Assembly: GCA_018920185.1 (NCBI GenBank)
Contig: JAHLMT010000001.1
Location: 9,875-73,874, forward strand
DNA length: 64,000 bases
Source: Candidatus Aenigmatarchaeota archaeon
GTDB lineage: Archaea; Aenigmatarchaeota; Aenigmatarchaeia; CG10238-14; SCSR01
Direction of reading: 5' to 3'
Shown: one piece after another, positions 29,666 to 37,888 of the stretch
How positions within the stretch are numbered: position 1 is the stretch's first letter
How the letters are laid out: every line of letters begins with the position of its first letter
Translations under genes and position numbers: made by a program
The notes under the pieces: generated by a model
Seen by the model: only the letters and a program-made list of their open reading frames with translations
The model's database searches: none
Told to the model about the DNA's origin: nothing

Positions 29666-29787
29666 AAATTAAAATTTATATGTGAAAGATTAATCTTTTG
29701 ATAAGTATTTTGTAAGGTATATATTTTTAAGTAAATGAATAAGTATAAATATTCTTTTTAGTTAAATCTAATAAAGGTCTGATTTAA

Positions 29788-30093
29788 TTGACGATAAAAT
29801 CAAAACTCAACCCAAAGATATTTTTTAGAATTAAACCTGTTAAGATGCTTACTTCTTTAAAAAGTGGTCCTAAATATGCAACAATTATCGCAAAAGAAAC
29901 AGATTGTACATATTCCCATACAGTTAAGATATTAGATTTGTTCAAAGAATATGGTTTAGTTGATTTTGAAAAGAAAGGCAGAATAAAAATTGTTAAGCTC
30001 ACAGAATTCGGTGATGAAGTAGCAAAAGGAATGGATGCCCTTTTAACTAAATTAAGTCGGATTAAAGAAAAGGATGTGACATATGGCAAATAA
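29788..30093 (+). CDS. Putative winged-HTH regulator
   Basis: 101-aa ORF. Chosen over the antisense ORF because it is collinear with the downstream small genes. HTH-like segment ATIIAKETDCTYSHTVKILDLFKEYGLV. Confidence 0.4.
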   Translation: MTIKSKLNPKIFFRIKPVKMLTSLKSGPKYATIIAKETDCTYSHTVKILDLFKEYGLVDFEKKGRIKIVKLTEFGDEVAKGMDALLTKLSRIKEKDVTYGK

Positions 30094-30271
30094 AAAAGAT
30101 TTTGAACTGATACAAATTTTTGGGAGAAGACTAATAGTCGGAGGTCTTGTGTTAATATTAGTTGGCATTCTGAGACTCTATAATGTGGAATGGCCCATAA
30201 TATTAATTGTAATAGGTGTAGTTCTTCTTGTAAAAGGACTTCTGATAAAGACGAAAAGAAAACTAATTTAA
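30083..30271 (+). CDS. Small membrane protein
   Basis: 62-aa ORF with one or two TM segments; start overlaps the upstream gene. Confidence 0.35.
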   Translation: MANKKDFELIQIFGRRLIVGGLVLILVGILRLYNVEWPIILIVIGVVLLVKGLLIKTKRKLI

Positions 30272-30294
30272 ATTTAACTTTTCATAAAAGATAG

Positions 30295-30534
30295 TTGATT
30301 TTTATGTCAGAGAACAAATCAAAGCTCGTGAAAAAATATGAAAAATTGCTCAAAAAATCAGATGTGAAGGAATCGGAATTCGAAGAAATTGAACACGAGT
30401 TAAGTGAAGATGTTCATGAAACCGAAGAAGGACTAGGCATTGAAGAAGAGGAAGAAATGGGAGAAGAAGCCTATCCAGAAATTGAAGAAGAGCTAGAACA
30501 CGAGGATAATCCAGAAGATGAAGAGGAAGAATAG
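30295..30534 (+). CDS. Highly acidic (Glu-rich) small protein
   Basis: 79-aa ORF; the C-terminal half is about 60% Glu/Asp. Confidence 0.35.
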   Translation: MIFMSENKSKLVKKYEKLLKKSDVKESEFEEIEHELSEDVHETEEGLGIEEEEEMGEEAYPEIEEELEHEDNPEDEEEE

Positions 30535-30535
30535 A

Positions 30536-31462
30536 TTAACTTAGTAATTCCAAATTTTTCATTCCTTTGATAAACCATTCCTTCAACTGGTCTTCTGTAT
30601 ACAACTCATATTCTCGTGCTAGATATCTCGTATGTCCGGCTAATCTATCAACTATTGGACCGGGAACACCTGCAGAAATTAGTTGTGTTTTGAAGAATTT
30701 TCTTAAAGAATGTGCATGGAGTTTGTATCTTTTACCTTCTTTTTTACTTATCTTTTTGAAAATATTATTCAGGATGAATTGAAGATTTTGATAACTCATT
30801 TGATTTCCATCATGTGTAGCAAATAAAAATGACTCTTCTGTTAATTGATGCCCATTGTTTTTTCTATGTTCAAGATAAGATCTCAGAAATTGTTTTGCCT
30901 CATTTGAAAGGAAAGTTATTCTAGATTTTCTTTCTTTAGCTGTCAACCCCTTTACTTTAATTATACCAGGTTCTGAATTCAAATCAACATCGGACAATTT
31001 CAGATTCCGTAATTCACCAACTCTCAATCCAGAAGATGCAAGCAGAAGAATAATTGCTTTTGTTCTCAAACTACAACGAGATAAAATTTTTTTCAGATCT
31101 TCCTTTGACGGTAATGTGTCTTCGTGCACATTATAAATTTTTATTTGAGGAGTATTTTTTAGTTCAATCCCATTCGACAATAAAAACTTTCTTAGAGCTG
31201 CAGACCACGCACCTACTGTTTTTGGCGCGAGATTTTTATTTGCAAGACTAATAACAAAATTTTTGTAGATTTCATCTGGGTTCAATGTCTTAGTTTTTAT
31301 ATTTTCTATAAACTCGTCCAAATTATTAATGTTCATAGTTTTAACAAAATAACCCAAACCTTTCAGATAAGTTTTTTCCGTGTTTTCACTTCTTGTCAAA
31401 AGCTTTAATTCTCCCAACATTTTTTGAGCAGATTTAAATTGAGTTATATCTTTAAGTTGCAT
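30536..31462 (-). CDS. Tyrosine recombinase / phage-type integrase (XerA-like)
   Basis: 308 aa. N-terminal core-binding-like domain. Catalytic R (GLRVGELRNL), HxxR (HSLRKFF), and C-terminal LAGHT…Y (REYELY). Confidence 0.75.
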   Translation of the reverse strand: MQLKDITQFKSAQKMLGELKLLTRSENTEKTYLKGLGYFVKTMNINNLDEFIENIKTKTLNPDEIYKNFVISLANKNLAPKTVGAWSAALRKFLLSNGIELKNTPQIKIYNVHEDTLPSKEDLKKILSRCSLRTKAIILLLASSGLRVGELRNLKLSDVDLNSEPGIIKVKGLTAKERKSRITFLSNEAKQFLRSYLEHRKNNGHQLTEESFLFATHDGNQMSYQNLQFILNNIFKKISKKEGKRYKLHAHSLRKFFKTQLISAGVPGPIVDRLAGHTRYLAREYELYTEDQLKEWFIKGMKNLELLS

Positions 31463-31498
31463 GTTAATTATATAGTAGAAAAGATTTATCTTGATAAC

Positions 31499-32170
31499 TT
31501 ATTTCTCATTTCTGTCACATTTAGATCTGTATTCACACATGTTGCACATCCATATCGTATCTTTGGATTGTTTAAATTCATCTATAGGAAGTACATCATT
31601 CACAAGAAGCTTGTGCAATGTCTTGAATCTATTAAGAATATCTAAACTGTGTTCCTCGTCATAAGAAATTTCAAAAGCTTTTGTTTTCAAATTGGTTCTA
31701 TCAACATAAAGAATTACCCCGTCGTGGATTCCAGTAGCATGCATGTAAAGCTGCAATTGCATTATATGATTCTTATTTGGTTTAACAGCATTTCTGACAT
31801 CTTTGACGGTTTTTATTTCAATAATTATTTTTTTGTCGTTTTCTTTTGCTATAACAACATCGTCCAATCTCCCTGATATAACAAAATTCTCAAAATTCAT
31901 CTTGAATGGGATTTCAGTTTCTAAAAATTTTATCGTGTTAATATTCTTTTCACTCTTGAAGACTTCCATCATGAATTTGTGTAAAATGTCCCCGATTTCA
32001 AATACTTTTAATCTATTTGGGTCTATTTCCAGAGGATGTTTATAGGAATACCAAACCTTTCTGATACAATTACCTATTTCTGATGGATAGTATTTCCCAA
32101 TTTCTTTCTGTTTTCTCTCACGCTTAATATAAGTTTCTATTAATTTATCAAAGTCTATTATAAAAATCGC
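31499..32170 (-). CDS. Cas4-like PD-(D/E)XK nuclease with 4-Cys cluster; no canonical start codon for the full-length frame
   Basis: The listed ORF (157 aa from ATG at 31972) has the ExK core (IIIEIKTVK) and C-terminal CNMCEYRSKC (Cx2Cx5C). The same frame continues upstream without stop to 32170, encoding …YYPSEIGNCIRKVWY…, which supplies the N-terminal Cys motif of Cas4/DUF83. That extension contains no ATG, GTG or TTG. Confidence 0.55.
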   Translation of the reverse strand, partial: AIFIIDFDKLIETYIKRERKQKEIGKYYPSEIGNCIRKVWYSYKHPLEIDPNRLKVFEIGDILHKFMMEVFKSEKNINTIKFLETEIPFKMNFENFVISGRLDDVVIAKENDKKIIIEIKTVKDVRNAVKPNKNHIMQLQLYMHATGIHDGVILYVDRTNLKTKAFEISYDEEHSLDILNRFKTLHKLLVNDVLPIDEFKQSKDTIWMCNMCEYRSKCDRNEK

Positions 32171-32419
32171 CTACTATATTAGCGGGAACCTGATTAGATA
32201 AATTTAACTGGGGTAGATTTCATTCAAATATTTAATCAAAATTTAAATAAACTTTTCATTACATATAACCTCTAGCTCCATACCAGATAGATATCTTTTC
32301 ACATCAGAATCAGTTGCTGAAGCATGTTATGGTCATCTCGGGAGGAATGATCCAGATTTCACACGGGAGATGACGGATAAAGTTGAAGAATTGAAACAAC
32401 ACGTTACAGCTCTTCTCGA

Positions 32420-32746
32420 TTAACTGTACTCTCTCCATCGCCAGTTACATGTTTTGCATTCATAAAATCTGGTTGGCGGTTCGTCACCACCGCGAGTTTG
32501 TTGCATCGTCCAATAAGCTTCCCGTATTTCGTTGCACTTAGGGCACATTATTTTCGTTACAGGGAAAGGATTTTGTTCACCCTCATTTATAACAACTATT
32601 TCTTTATTTCTCACAAAATTTGATGTCTCTATTGTTATTTCTTCAGTTAATTTTGTTTTTGTATTACATACTCTACAGAAAAGAAATTGATTTTCATTTT
32701 CTTTCTGTACTCTGAGTAAGTTTTTACATGTTTTGCAAAATTCCAT
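32420..32746 (-). CDS. tfs: Transcription factor S / RNAP subunit M (TFS)
   Basis: 108 aa. N-terminal Zn ribbon CKTC…CRVC and C-terminal CPKC…CKTC, with the RSADEPPT-like acidic loop (RGGDEPPTRFY). Confidence 0.8.
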   Translation of the reverse strand: MEFCKTCKNLLRVQKENENQFLFCRVCNTKTKLTEEITIETSNFVRNKEIVVINEGEQNPFPVTKIMCPKCNEIREAYWTMQQTRGGDEPPTRFYECKTCNWRWREYS

Positions 32747-32855
32747 AGTAGTAGTATATAAGTAGAATTTAAAAAGAAAAATACTCCCAATACTGTAGCC
32801 CGTCTCAGGTACTTAAGTACAAAAGTATTTAAGGTCCTGACACTATAGTTATTGT

Positions 32856-33188
32856 ATGGGTGTGCTGAAAGTCAATCTTCCAGACGACCTTGAAAGAAAG
32901 TTTAGAGAGTATGCCATGAAACTTTTTGGTTATTCTAGAGGGTCATTGAGTGCTGCAACCGAACAACTTGTTGCAGAGTTTGTTAAAAGAGAATCTACAA
33001 AAGAACAGATTAAAAAAATCGCAGAAAAGGAGATAAAAAATCCTGTAGAGGCGATAAAAGGATTACTTTCTCATGTAAAAGGTAAAACTTCTGTTGAATT
33101 ACAGCATGAAGCAAGAAGATATAGAACACGAATGGCGATGCAAAGTGTTAGTAGACGCAAACATATTTCTCGAAGTAGAATTAGGTAG
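32856..33188 (+). CDS. vapB: Ribbon-helix-helix (CopG/VapB-like) antitoxin
   Basis: N-terminus KVNLPDDLERKFREYAMK is RHH-like. The functional protein probably ends before the listed stop, since the ORF tail overlaps vapC in another frame. Confidence 0.45.
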   Translation: MGVLKVNLPDDLERKFREYAMKLFGYSRGSLSAATEQLVAEFVKRESTKEQIKKIAEKEIKNPVEAIKGLLSHVKGKTSVELQHEARRYRTRMAMQSVSRRKHISRSRIR

Positions 33189-33558
33189 ATCACGTAGTAA
33201 GGAATGTGAAGAATTTCTTACGAAAATTATGAGAGGTGAGATCAAAGCATTTACAACAGATGTTATTTTAGATAGTATAGCGTTTGTAATGGAAAGAGAA
33301 GGTGTAAAGCCAGCAAAGTTGAGAAAATTTCTAGAAAGTGTTCTGTTCTATGAAGGACTCACAATTTATTCACTTAACTTAATGGATAAGATAATAACAA
33401 CTGCGTTGATGGAAGATACAAAATTAGATTTTGATTACACCTCAACATATTTTACAATGAAGAGTCTTGGTATAAAAGAAATTGTCTCATTTGATAAAGA
33501 TTTCGATAAATTACCAGGAATAAAAAGAGTAGAACCAAAAGACGTGTTAAGAAAGTGA
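33094..33558 (+). CDS. vapC: PIN-domain ribonuclease (VapC-like toxin)
   Basis: KVLVDANIFLE acidic N-terminal motif, later D…D/FDKDF residues; ~150 aa. Confidence 0.7.
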   Translation: MNYSMKQEDIEHEWRCKVLVDANIFLEVELGRSRSKECEEFLTKIMRGEIKAFTTDVILDSIAFVMEREGVKPAKLRKFLESVLFYEGLTIYSLNLMDKIITTALMEDTKLDFDYTSTYFTMKSLGIKEIVSFDKDFDKLPGIKRVEPKDVLRK

Positions 33559-33682
33559 GAGTTAGAGATTTTGGAGAAAAGAAGTATCTCAAGATTAAGA
33601 GTTTGGAAAATTAAAGACCAATCATTACCTTTAAGTAACAAAAATAGAAAGATTTAAATAGTTTATTCACAAATCTAAAGCC

Positions 33683-34330
33683 ATGTTAGAGAAGGAAAAA
33701 GAAATTTTAGAAATTCATAGAGAAATGTGTTATTTTTTAAAGAATTATGTAAATGAATTAAGAGAAGGGAAAATTAGTTCTAAAGATGTTTTAGAACGAG
33801 TTGAGAGAGATTTGAGACAGGTAGTGGACTTTACAGTCGATGATCAAATAAAAGGAGGCTTAAAAAGGACTATAGATATAGTTGATCACTTAAAAGAAAT
33901 TTCTTTAGAAGATTTACACCGTCATATTGCAGTTTATGAAACTTCTCTTAATCCAGAAGAAGTACAAGCATTAACACTTAGTGATTTACACAGAATACTA
34001 TTATCCATACAACTTAAAGAAAAACAAAAAATGGAGGACCCGGTGTATAAAGCTCTCGGAAGTTTAAGTCAACTTTTTGGTGGTTGTCACTCTGGAGATG
34101 GTATTTCAATGTTGTATGGTTTGTTCCGTCGAATAGGAAAACCTTGTCTAAGAGAAAGATACGAAGCTACATCAGATTCTGAAGAATTAAAATCACAAAT
34201 ACTTATGGGAAATGTTTCAGAAAAATTACGCCCAATTGCATCAGCAATTGACGCTTATCTAAGTCAGTGTGATGAATGCCCATATAAAGCATTTTTCGAC
34301 AAAGTGTATAAAGAAAAAACTAATAGATAA
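33683..34330 (+). CDS. Hypothetical protein (Cys-containing, C-terminal CDECP motif)
   Basis: 215-aa ORF; no family recognised by eye. Confidence 0.4.
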   Translation: MLEKEKEILEIHREMCYFLKNYVNELREGKISSKDVLERVERDLRQVVDFTVDDQIKGGLKRTIDIVDHLKEISLEDLHRHIAVYETSLNPEEVQALTLSDLHRILLSIQLKEKQKMEDPVYKALGSLSQLFGGCHSGDGISMLYGLFRRIGKPCLRERYEATSDSEELKSQILMGNVSEKLRPIASAIDAYLSQCDECPYKAFFDKVYKEKTNR

Positions 34331-34382
34331 TCACCATTATCACAAATGTTGTGCTGGAGAATATATGTCAGAGTGTATTATT

Positions 34383-34676
34383 TCATTCTGTTTTCCCGAA
34401 TAAACGTCCACCTATATAGGCGCCAATAGAAGCACCCGCTGCAAATAAAGCTGGAATGAGCAACATAGCAAGAGAATATTTGAGAGTTTCGCCTTCAAAT
34501 GTTGCAGGAATAAATAATAACTTTTCGAAACTTCTTCTTCCACCCATCTCATATACTTTTTCAATGATGCGTGAAGCTGTATAAACTCCTAAGACAGATC
34601 CACCGGTACCACCAATTATGCTGCCAAATATCGCTCCAGGTATAGAATATACAATTTGTTGAGGTCTCTCAGCCAT
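34383..34676 (-). CDS. Small glycine-zipper membrane protein
   Basis: 97 aa. GSIIGGTGGSVLG and AAGASIGAYIGG motifs. Confidence 0.4.
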   Translation of the reverse strand: MAERPQQIVYSIPGAIFGSIIGGTGGSVLGVYTASRIIEKVYEMGGRRSFEKLLFIPATFEGETLKYSLAMLLIPALFAAGASIGAYIGGRLFGKTE

Positions 34677-34680
34677 AATA

Positions 34681-35181
34681 TTTTTATAAAATATTATTTT
34701 TTAAAAGATTTTATTTAAAAAGAAATGTATTCTATATAACATATATTAGAGTGTCTAAATATCTTAATTTTATAAAATGAAATTTCGGCCTAAAGTGGTT
34801 AAAAATATGTCTTATTTCACCTTCCTTATATAAAAATAAGATATGTGATATATCATATATTTGAGAGTGTATGAGTTAAGATAAAAGTGAGATGTCAATA
34901 TATACTATAAAATATAATTTGTGAAATAACCTTAAGAGTGAATTGTTATACGTATAACAAAACTGTAGAGTGAGAGTTCGGCCTATTTCCAATAAGATAG
35001 TAAATATAACCTATGAAATACAGATTCGAAAGAATGATAATTATTATATATAAAAGAAAATGTGTGATGTATACTACAACTACAATAACAATTAAGATTT
35101 TATCTCCAGTAATATAAAGTGAGAGTTAGATGCTGATTTCGAAAAAAATAAAATAGTGAGGTAAATAGATGTGAAACTACT
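34681..35181. promoter_or_regulatory. AT-rich 500-bp non-coding region with reiterated (A/T)RAGTG(A/T)G motifs and duplicated TTCGGCCTA
   Basis: About 8 copies of GAGTG-containing motifs are present (e.g. TTAGAGTGTC, TGAGAGTGTA, AAAGTGAGAT, TAAGAGTGAA, GTAGAGTGAGAGTTCGGCC, AAAGTGAGAGTTAG, ATAGTGAGGT, CTGTGAGATC). No ORF. Confidence 0.3.
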
Positions 35182-35943
35182 GTGAGATCAAATCGAAAAG
35201 TTTATCTGTATAAAAAGCAATATATATTTATGGTTTTCAACTGGTTTAGACGATTGATTAAAAAAGAATCAATCAATCAATCAATCACAAATCAATCAAT
35301 CAATCACAAATCAATCAATCAATCACAAATCAATCAATCAATCACAAGCCCAGAAAATATTCAGCTGCAAAAAGATGCCCTGGAACTTGGTCTTGCGGCT
35401 GGATACGCCAGCCATCTACTCAAATCTATTGAAAATTCAATCGAACGTCTAGAATCTATGGTACTCACCAGACAATGGGCTGAAACTTATCTCTTACCTT
35501 TACTTAAATCAATTGCTGATAACGAACAAAAACGCTTTGAAACACTGTTATCAGTTCTAAATCACCTACGAAACACGTCCTATAAGCTTCCGAAGGATGT
35601 CCAGACCTTACTCGAAAAACCAATTCTAGATATAGAGAAAGAGGTAACGAAATCTCCCAAGCTAACCCCACAGATGCAGAAATTGTTCTCTATACTAAAA
35701 GAAGTAGGAGAAATCAGTTATTCTGATCTATCTAAACGTATGGGTATGAAAAGCGAAGATGGCCTACGAGGATTTCTATCGATAGTTAACAAGAAATTCC
35801 CAGGTACAATCGATAGATTTGAAAAAGAAGGCAAAAGAAAATGGGTGAGACTCAAAAAAGCTCAAAATGAACTGATTTATAATCAATCACAAATCAATCA
35901 ATCAGATATGTTCAGCATGTTTAATGATCAAACACTGTCTTAA
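35182..35943 (+). CDS. ORF encoding a winged-helix domain protein, with both ends running through ATCA-microsatellite repeats (INQS peptide repeats)
   Basis: 253 aa. The middle region is GC-richer and ends in a wHTH-like segment (LFSILKEVGEISYSDLSKRMGMKSEDGLRGFLSIVNKKF). The N and C termini are translated ATCAATCA repeats. Confidence 0.4.
   Translation: MRSNRKVYLYKKQYIFMVFNWFRRLIKKESINQSITNQSINHKSINQSQINQSITSPENIQLQKDALELGLAAGYASHLLKSIENSIERLESMVLTRQWAETYLLPLLKSIADNEQKRFETLLSVLNHLRNTSYKLPKDVQTLLEKPILDIEKEVTKSPKLTPQMQKLFSILKEVGEISYSDLSKRMGMKSEDGLRGFLSIVNKKFPGTIDRFEKEGKRKWVRLKKAQNELIYNQSQINQSDMFSMFNDQTLS
35267..35347 (+). repeat. Tandem repeat, ~4 copies of 19-bp unit ATCAATCAATCAATCACAA
   Basis: Read directly from sequence. 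Confidence 0.85.
35881..35904 (+). repeat. 24-bp AATCAATCACAAATCAATCAATCA, direct repeat of part of the 35267-35347 array
   Basis: Exact 24-mer also present within the upstream tandem array. Confidence 0.8.
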
Positions 35944-35968
35944 CCCCAAGTAGAAAATGGGGGTGGGC

Positions 35969-36097
35969 TTAATTTCCCCATTTTGCTCTACAGTATGGAC
36001 ACGTTTCTAATTTCTCGAAAATACCCACTTTGACAAATTCATGACATTTTCTGCATGGGACGTTGACCTTACCGATGAACGGACTAAACTTAGACAT
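35969..36097 (-). CDS. 42-aa zinc-ribbon protein
   Basis: Hand-translated MSKFSPFIGKVNVPCRKCHEFVKVGIFEKLETCPYCRAKWGN. Confidence 0.4.
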   Translation of the reverse strand: MSKFSPFIGKVNVPCRKCHEFVKVGIFEKLETCPYCRAKWGN

Positions 36098-36200
36098 GTC
36101 TCACCCCTTGGAGGAGATATAGATTAATTATGTAACACATATTATTAGTTTTCCGAGTATATAAAGTTACCGCTTTTCTTAGAGATAAAATTGCTATTAC

Positions 36201-36482
36201 CTATTTCGACATTCTAACAGATTCTATCTTCTCTTTCACTCTCAGATACCTGAGAATTCCTCCCAGATCCCTACCAGGTTTCAGTTTTACTAATTTCAAG
36301 TTAAATGGGGGTACCACATCTACGGTAACAAACTCCGATAAATGTTTCTCAATCAGTCTGCTAACAGTGGTACGATGCATATCAGTTTTTTTCCCTATAT
36401 CTGTCAACCAAGTACCGTCATTTCCAGCCTGTTCTATGACTTTTAAGACTTTAATTAGCTTTTTCAGCAACTTTTCTTTCAT
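36201..36482 (-). CDS. Small winged-helix DNA-binding protein
   Basis: 93 aa; TDIGKKTDMHRTTVSRLIEKHL recognition-helix-like segment. Confidence 0.5.
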   Translation of the reverse strand: MKEKLLKKLIKVLKVIEQAGNDGTWLTDIGKKTDMHRTTVSRLIEKHLSEFVTVDVVPPFNLKLVKLKPGRDLGGILRYLRVKEKIESVRMSK

Positions 36483-37123
36483 GTCAAACCCTCACGCACT
36501 ACCCCGTGCAATTCTCACTAATATTTAGATTAACTTATAAGAACTTATCTTTTGTGGACCAACTTATATGTCCACGGTCGCCGCTGAATATTTGCAATCC
36601 ATTTGGCAGACATTAACAGACGATCACAAATTGTCTGAAATTGTCGGGTATAGGAATGAGCTTAGGACGCGTGCTGTGCGAGGGGTTTGTGCCCTCACAG
36701 TACTTGATGGTTACTAGTTGCCTGGAACTCGAACGGTGCTTCGAGGGATGCTAATGAAGAAATAATTTCCCTAAGGCATTAAAGTCAGCGCTGTCACAGC
36801 CACCGAAGTCAGAAAAGAGAGCTGCGACACTAAAGTTTATAGGATTCCAAGTATTGTAGAAACCGCCTGAGCCCTTGTCTCGGGTCGTAAGGATGCGAAA
36901 TGAAGTACAATGCCGTATCAAAGGGAGCATGTATTGATTCAGCCTCTCTCCACGGACGATAGAAGTGGAAGGGGGTATCTGACATACCTGAAAAGGATTT
37001 CCACGTGAAAACTCTGCCCAAGTCCAGGATAACCTCTCACAGGTGTTAAGACCCGAAACACATTTAAAGGTAGATGCTCATATACATTCACATATATAAA
37101 CGCTTCCAGCAGTCGGTCCAAGT

Positions 37124-37605
37124 ATGATCAAGATTTACCTAAACTCTACTCTAGCAGAAGAAATGCAGATGTTAATGATGAAATAGAGTCGCTCCTAACA
37201 GCGAGCGGATTTGAAGTCTTGCGACCAAGCAAATTGACTCCGCAGAATGCAGCTCCTGCACTGATCTTCAAGTCGAACATCGAACTCATACGACAGGCCG
37301 ATGTAATGGTGGCCGTCCTACGCGGATATGGAAAAGACACGGCAGCCGAAGTTGGCATTGCGTACGGAATGGGGATCCCCGTTGTCGGCGTTGATTTTGA
37401 TGCAGATCCTAAAGACGTGATGATATATAATGCCCTCACCGAAATCGTCAAGATTGAACAATTGCCGCATGTTCTTTCGAAAATCGTGGCGCACCTTCGT
37501 CAAGACCGAGATGGTACGAGGGATATCCCTAATATGCATGAACAATCTCCTGAAGGCACTTCTGGGATTCCTCGTCAGGATCCTCTCAAACCTTGTTCTA
37601 GCTGA
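37124..37605 (+). pseudogene. Frameshifted nucleoside 2-deoxyribosyltransferase-family gene (GC-rich, foreign)
   Basis: MIKIYLNSTLAEEMQMLMMK* is followed, after a +1 shift, by …ADVMVAVLRGYGKDTAAEVGIAYGMGIPVV…, the conserved core of the family. GC is about 50%, against about 30% nearby. Confidence 0.5.
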
Positions 37606-37663
37606 GCGACTCGGCTTCTAGTATGTTAAAGGTCCATAAAACGCCTCTACTCGTGAGGAAATC

Positions 37664-37888
37664 TTGGTTCGACACGTAGCTATTGCTATAGACGGACCAG
37701 CAGGATCCGGGAAGTCCACTGTTGGTAGACTTCTAGCAAGCAACCTCGGCTACGCTTTTTGGGATCCTGACCTGATGTACCGTGGTATAACTTGATGGGC
37801 TCTAAGGAGAAACGTGAATTTGACGGACTACAACACTTTAGCTAGCTTAGCTGTGCATTGCCCCAAGAGGTTGCAGTGTGGGAATTAG
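37664..37888 (+). pseudogene. Bacterial-type cytidylate kinase N-terminal fragment with in-frame TGA (37793-37795), then decays
   Basis: Frame reads (L)[64 protein letters not shown]… This is collinear with bacterial Cmk (IAIDGPAAAGKSTVAK…IDTGAMYRALTYAALQENVDLTDEASLAAL). Confidence 0.5.

Noticed and set aside
30536-31462. Calling the tyrosine recombinase a definite mobile-element integrase
   Set aside because: Its size (308 aa) and architecture also fit chromosomal XerA. No flanking att repeats or adjacent tRNA were found by eye, so it is annotated generically.
34681-35181. Possible CRISPR array in the AT-rich region with recurring GAGTG motifs
   Set aside because: The motifs are short (5-10 bp), irregularly spaced and not identical. 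There is no repeat-spacer periodicity and no cas genes apart from a solo Cas4-like gene 3 kb away.
35267-35347. INQS repeats as a genuine low-complexity protein domain
   Set aside because: The 19-bp unit is not a multiple of 3, so the peptide repeat varies by frame (SINQS/ITNQS/INHKS). This argues for a DNA-level microsatellite rather than a selected protein repeat. It is still retained as a finding at the DNA level.
37146-37621. Several 60-130-aa ORFs on both strands in the GC-rich island (37146-37451 -, 37318-37545 -, 37430-37621 +, 36830-37121 -)
   Set aside because: High GC inflates random ORF length. They overlap the recognisable pseudogene frames and have no family resemblance.
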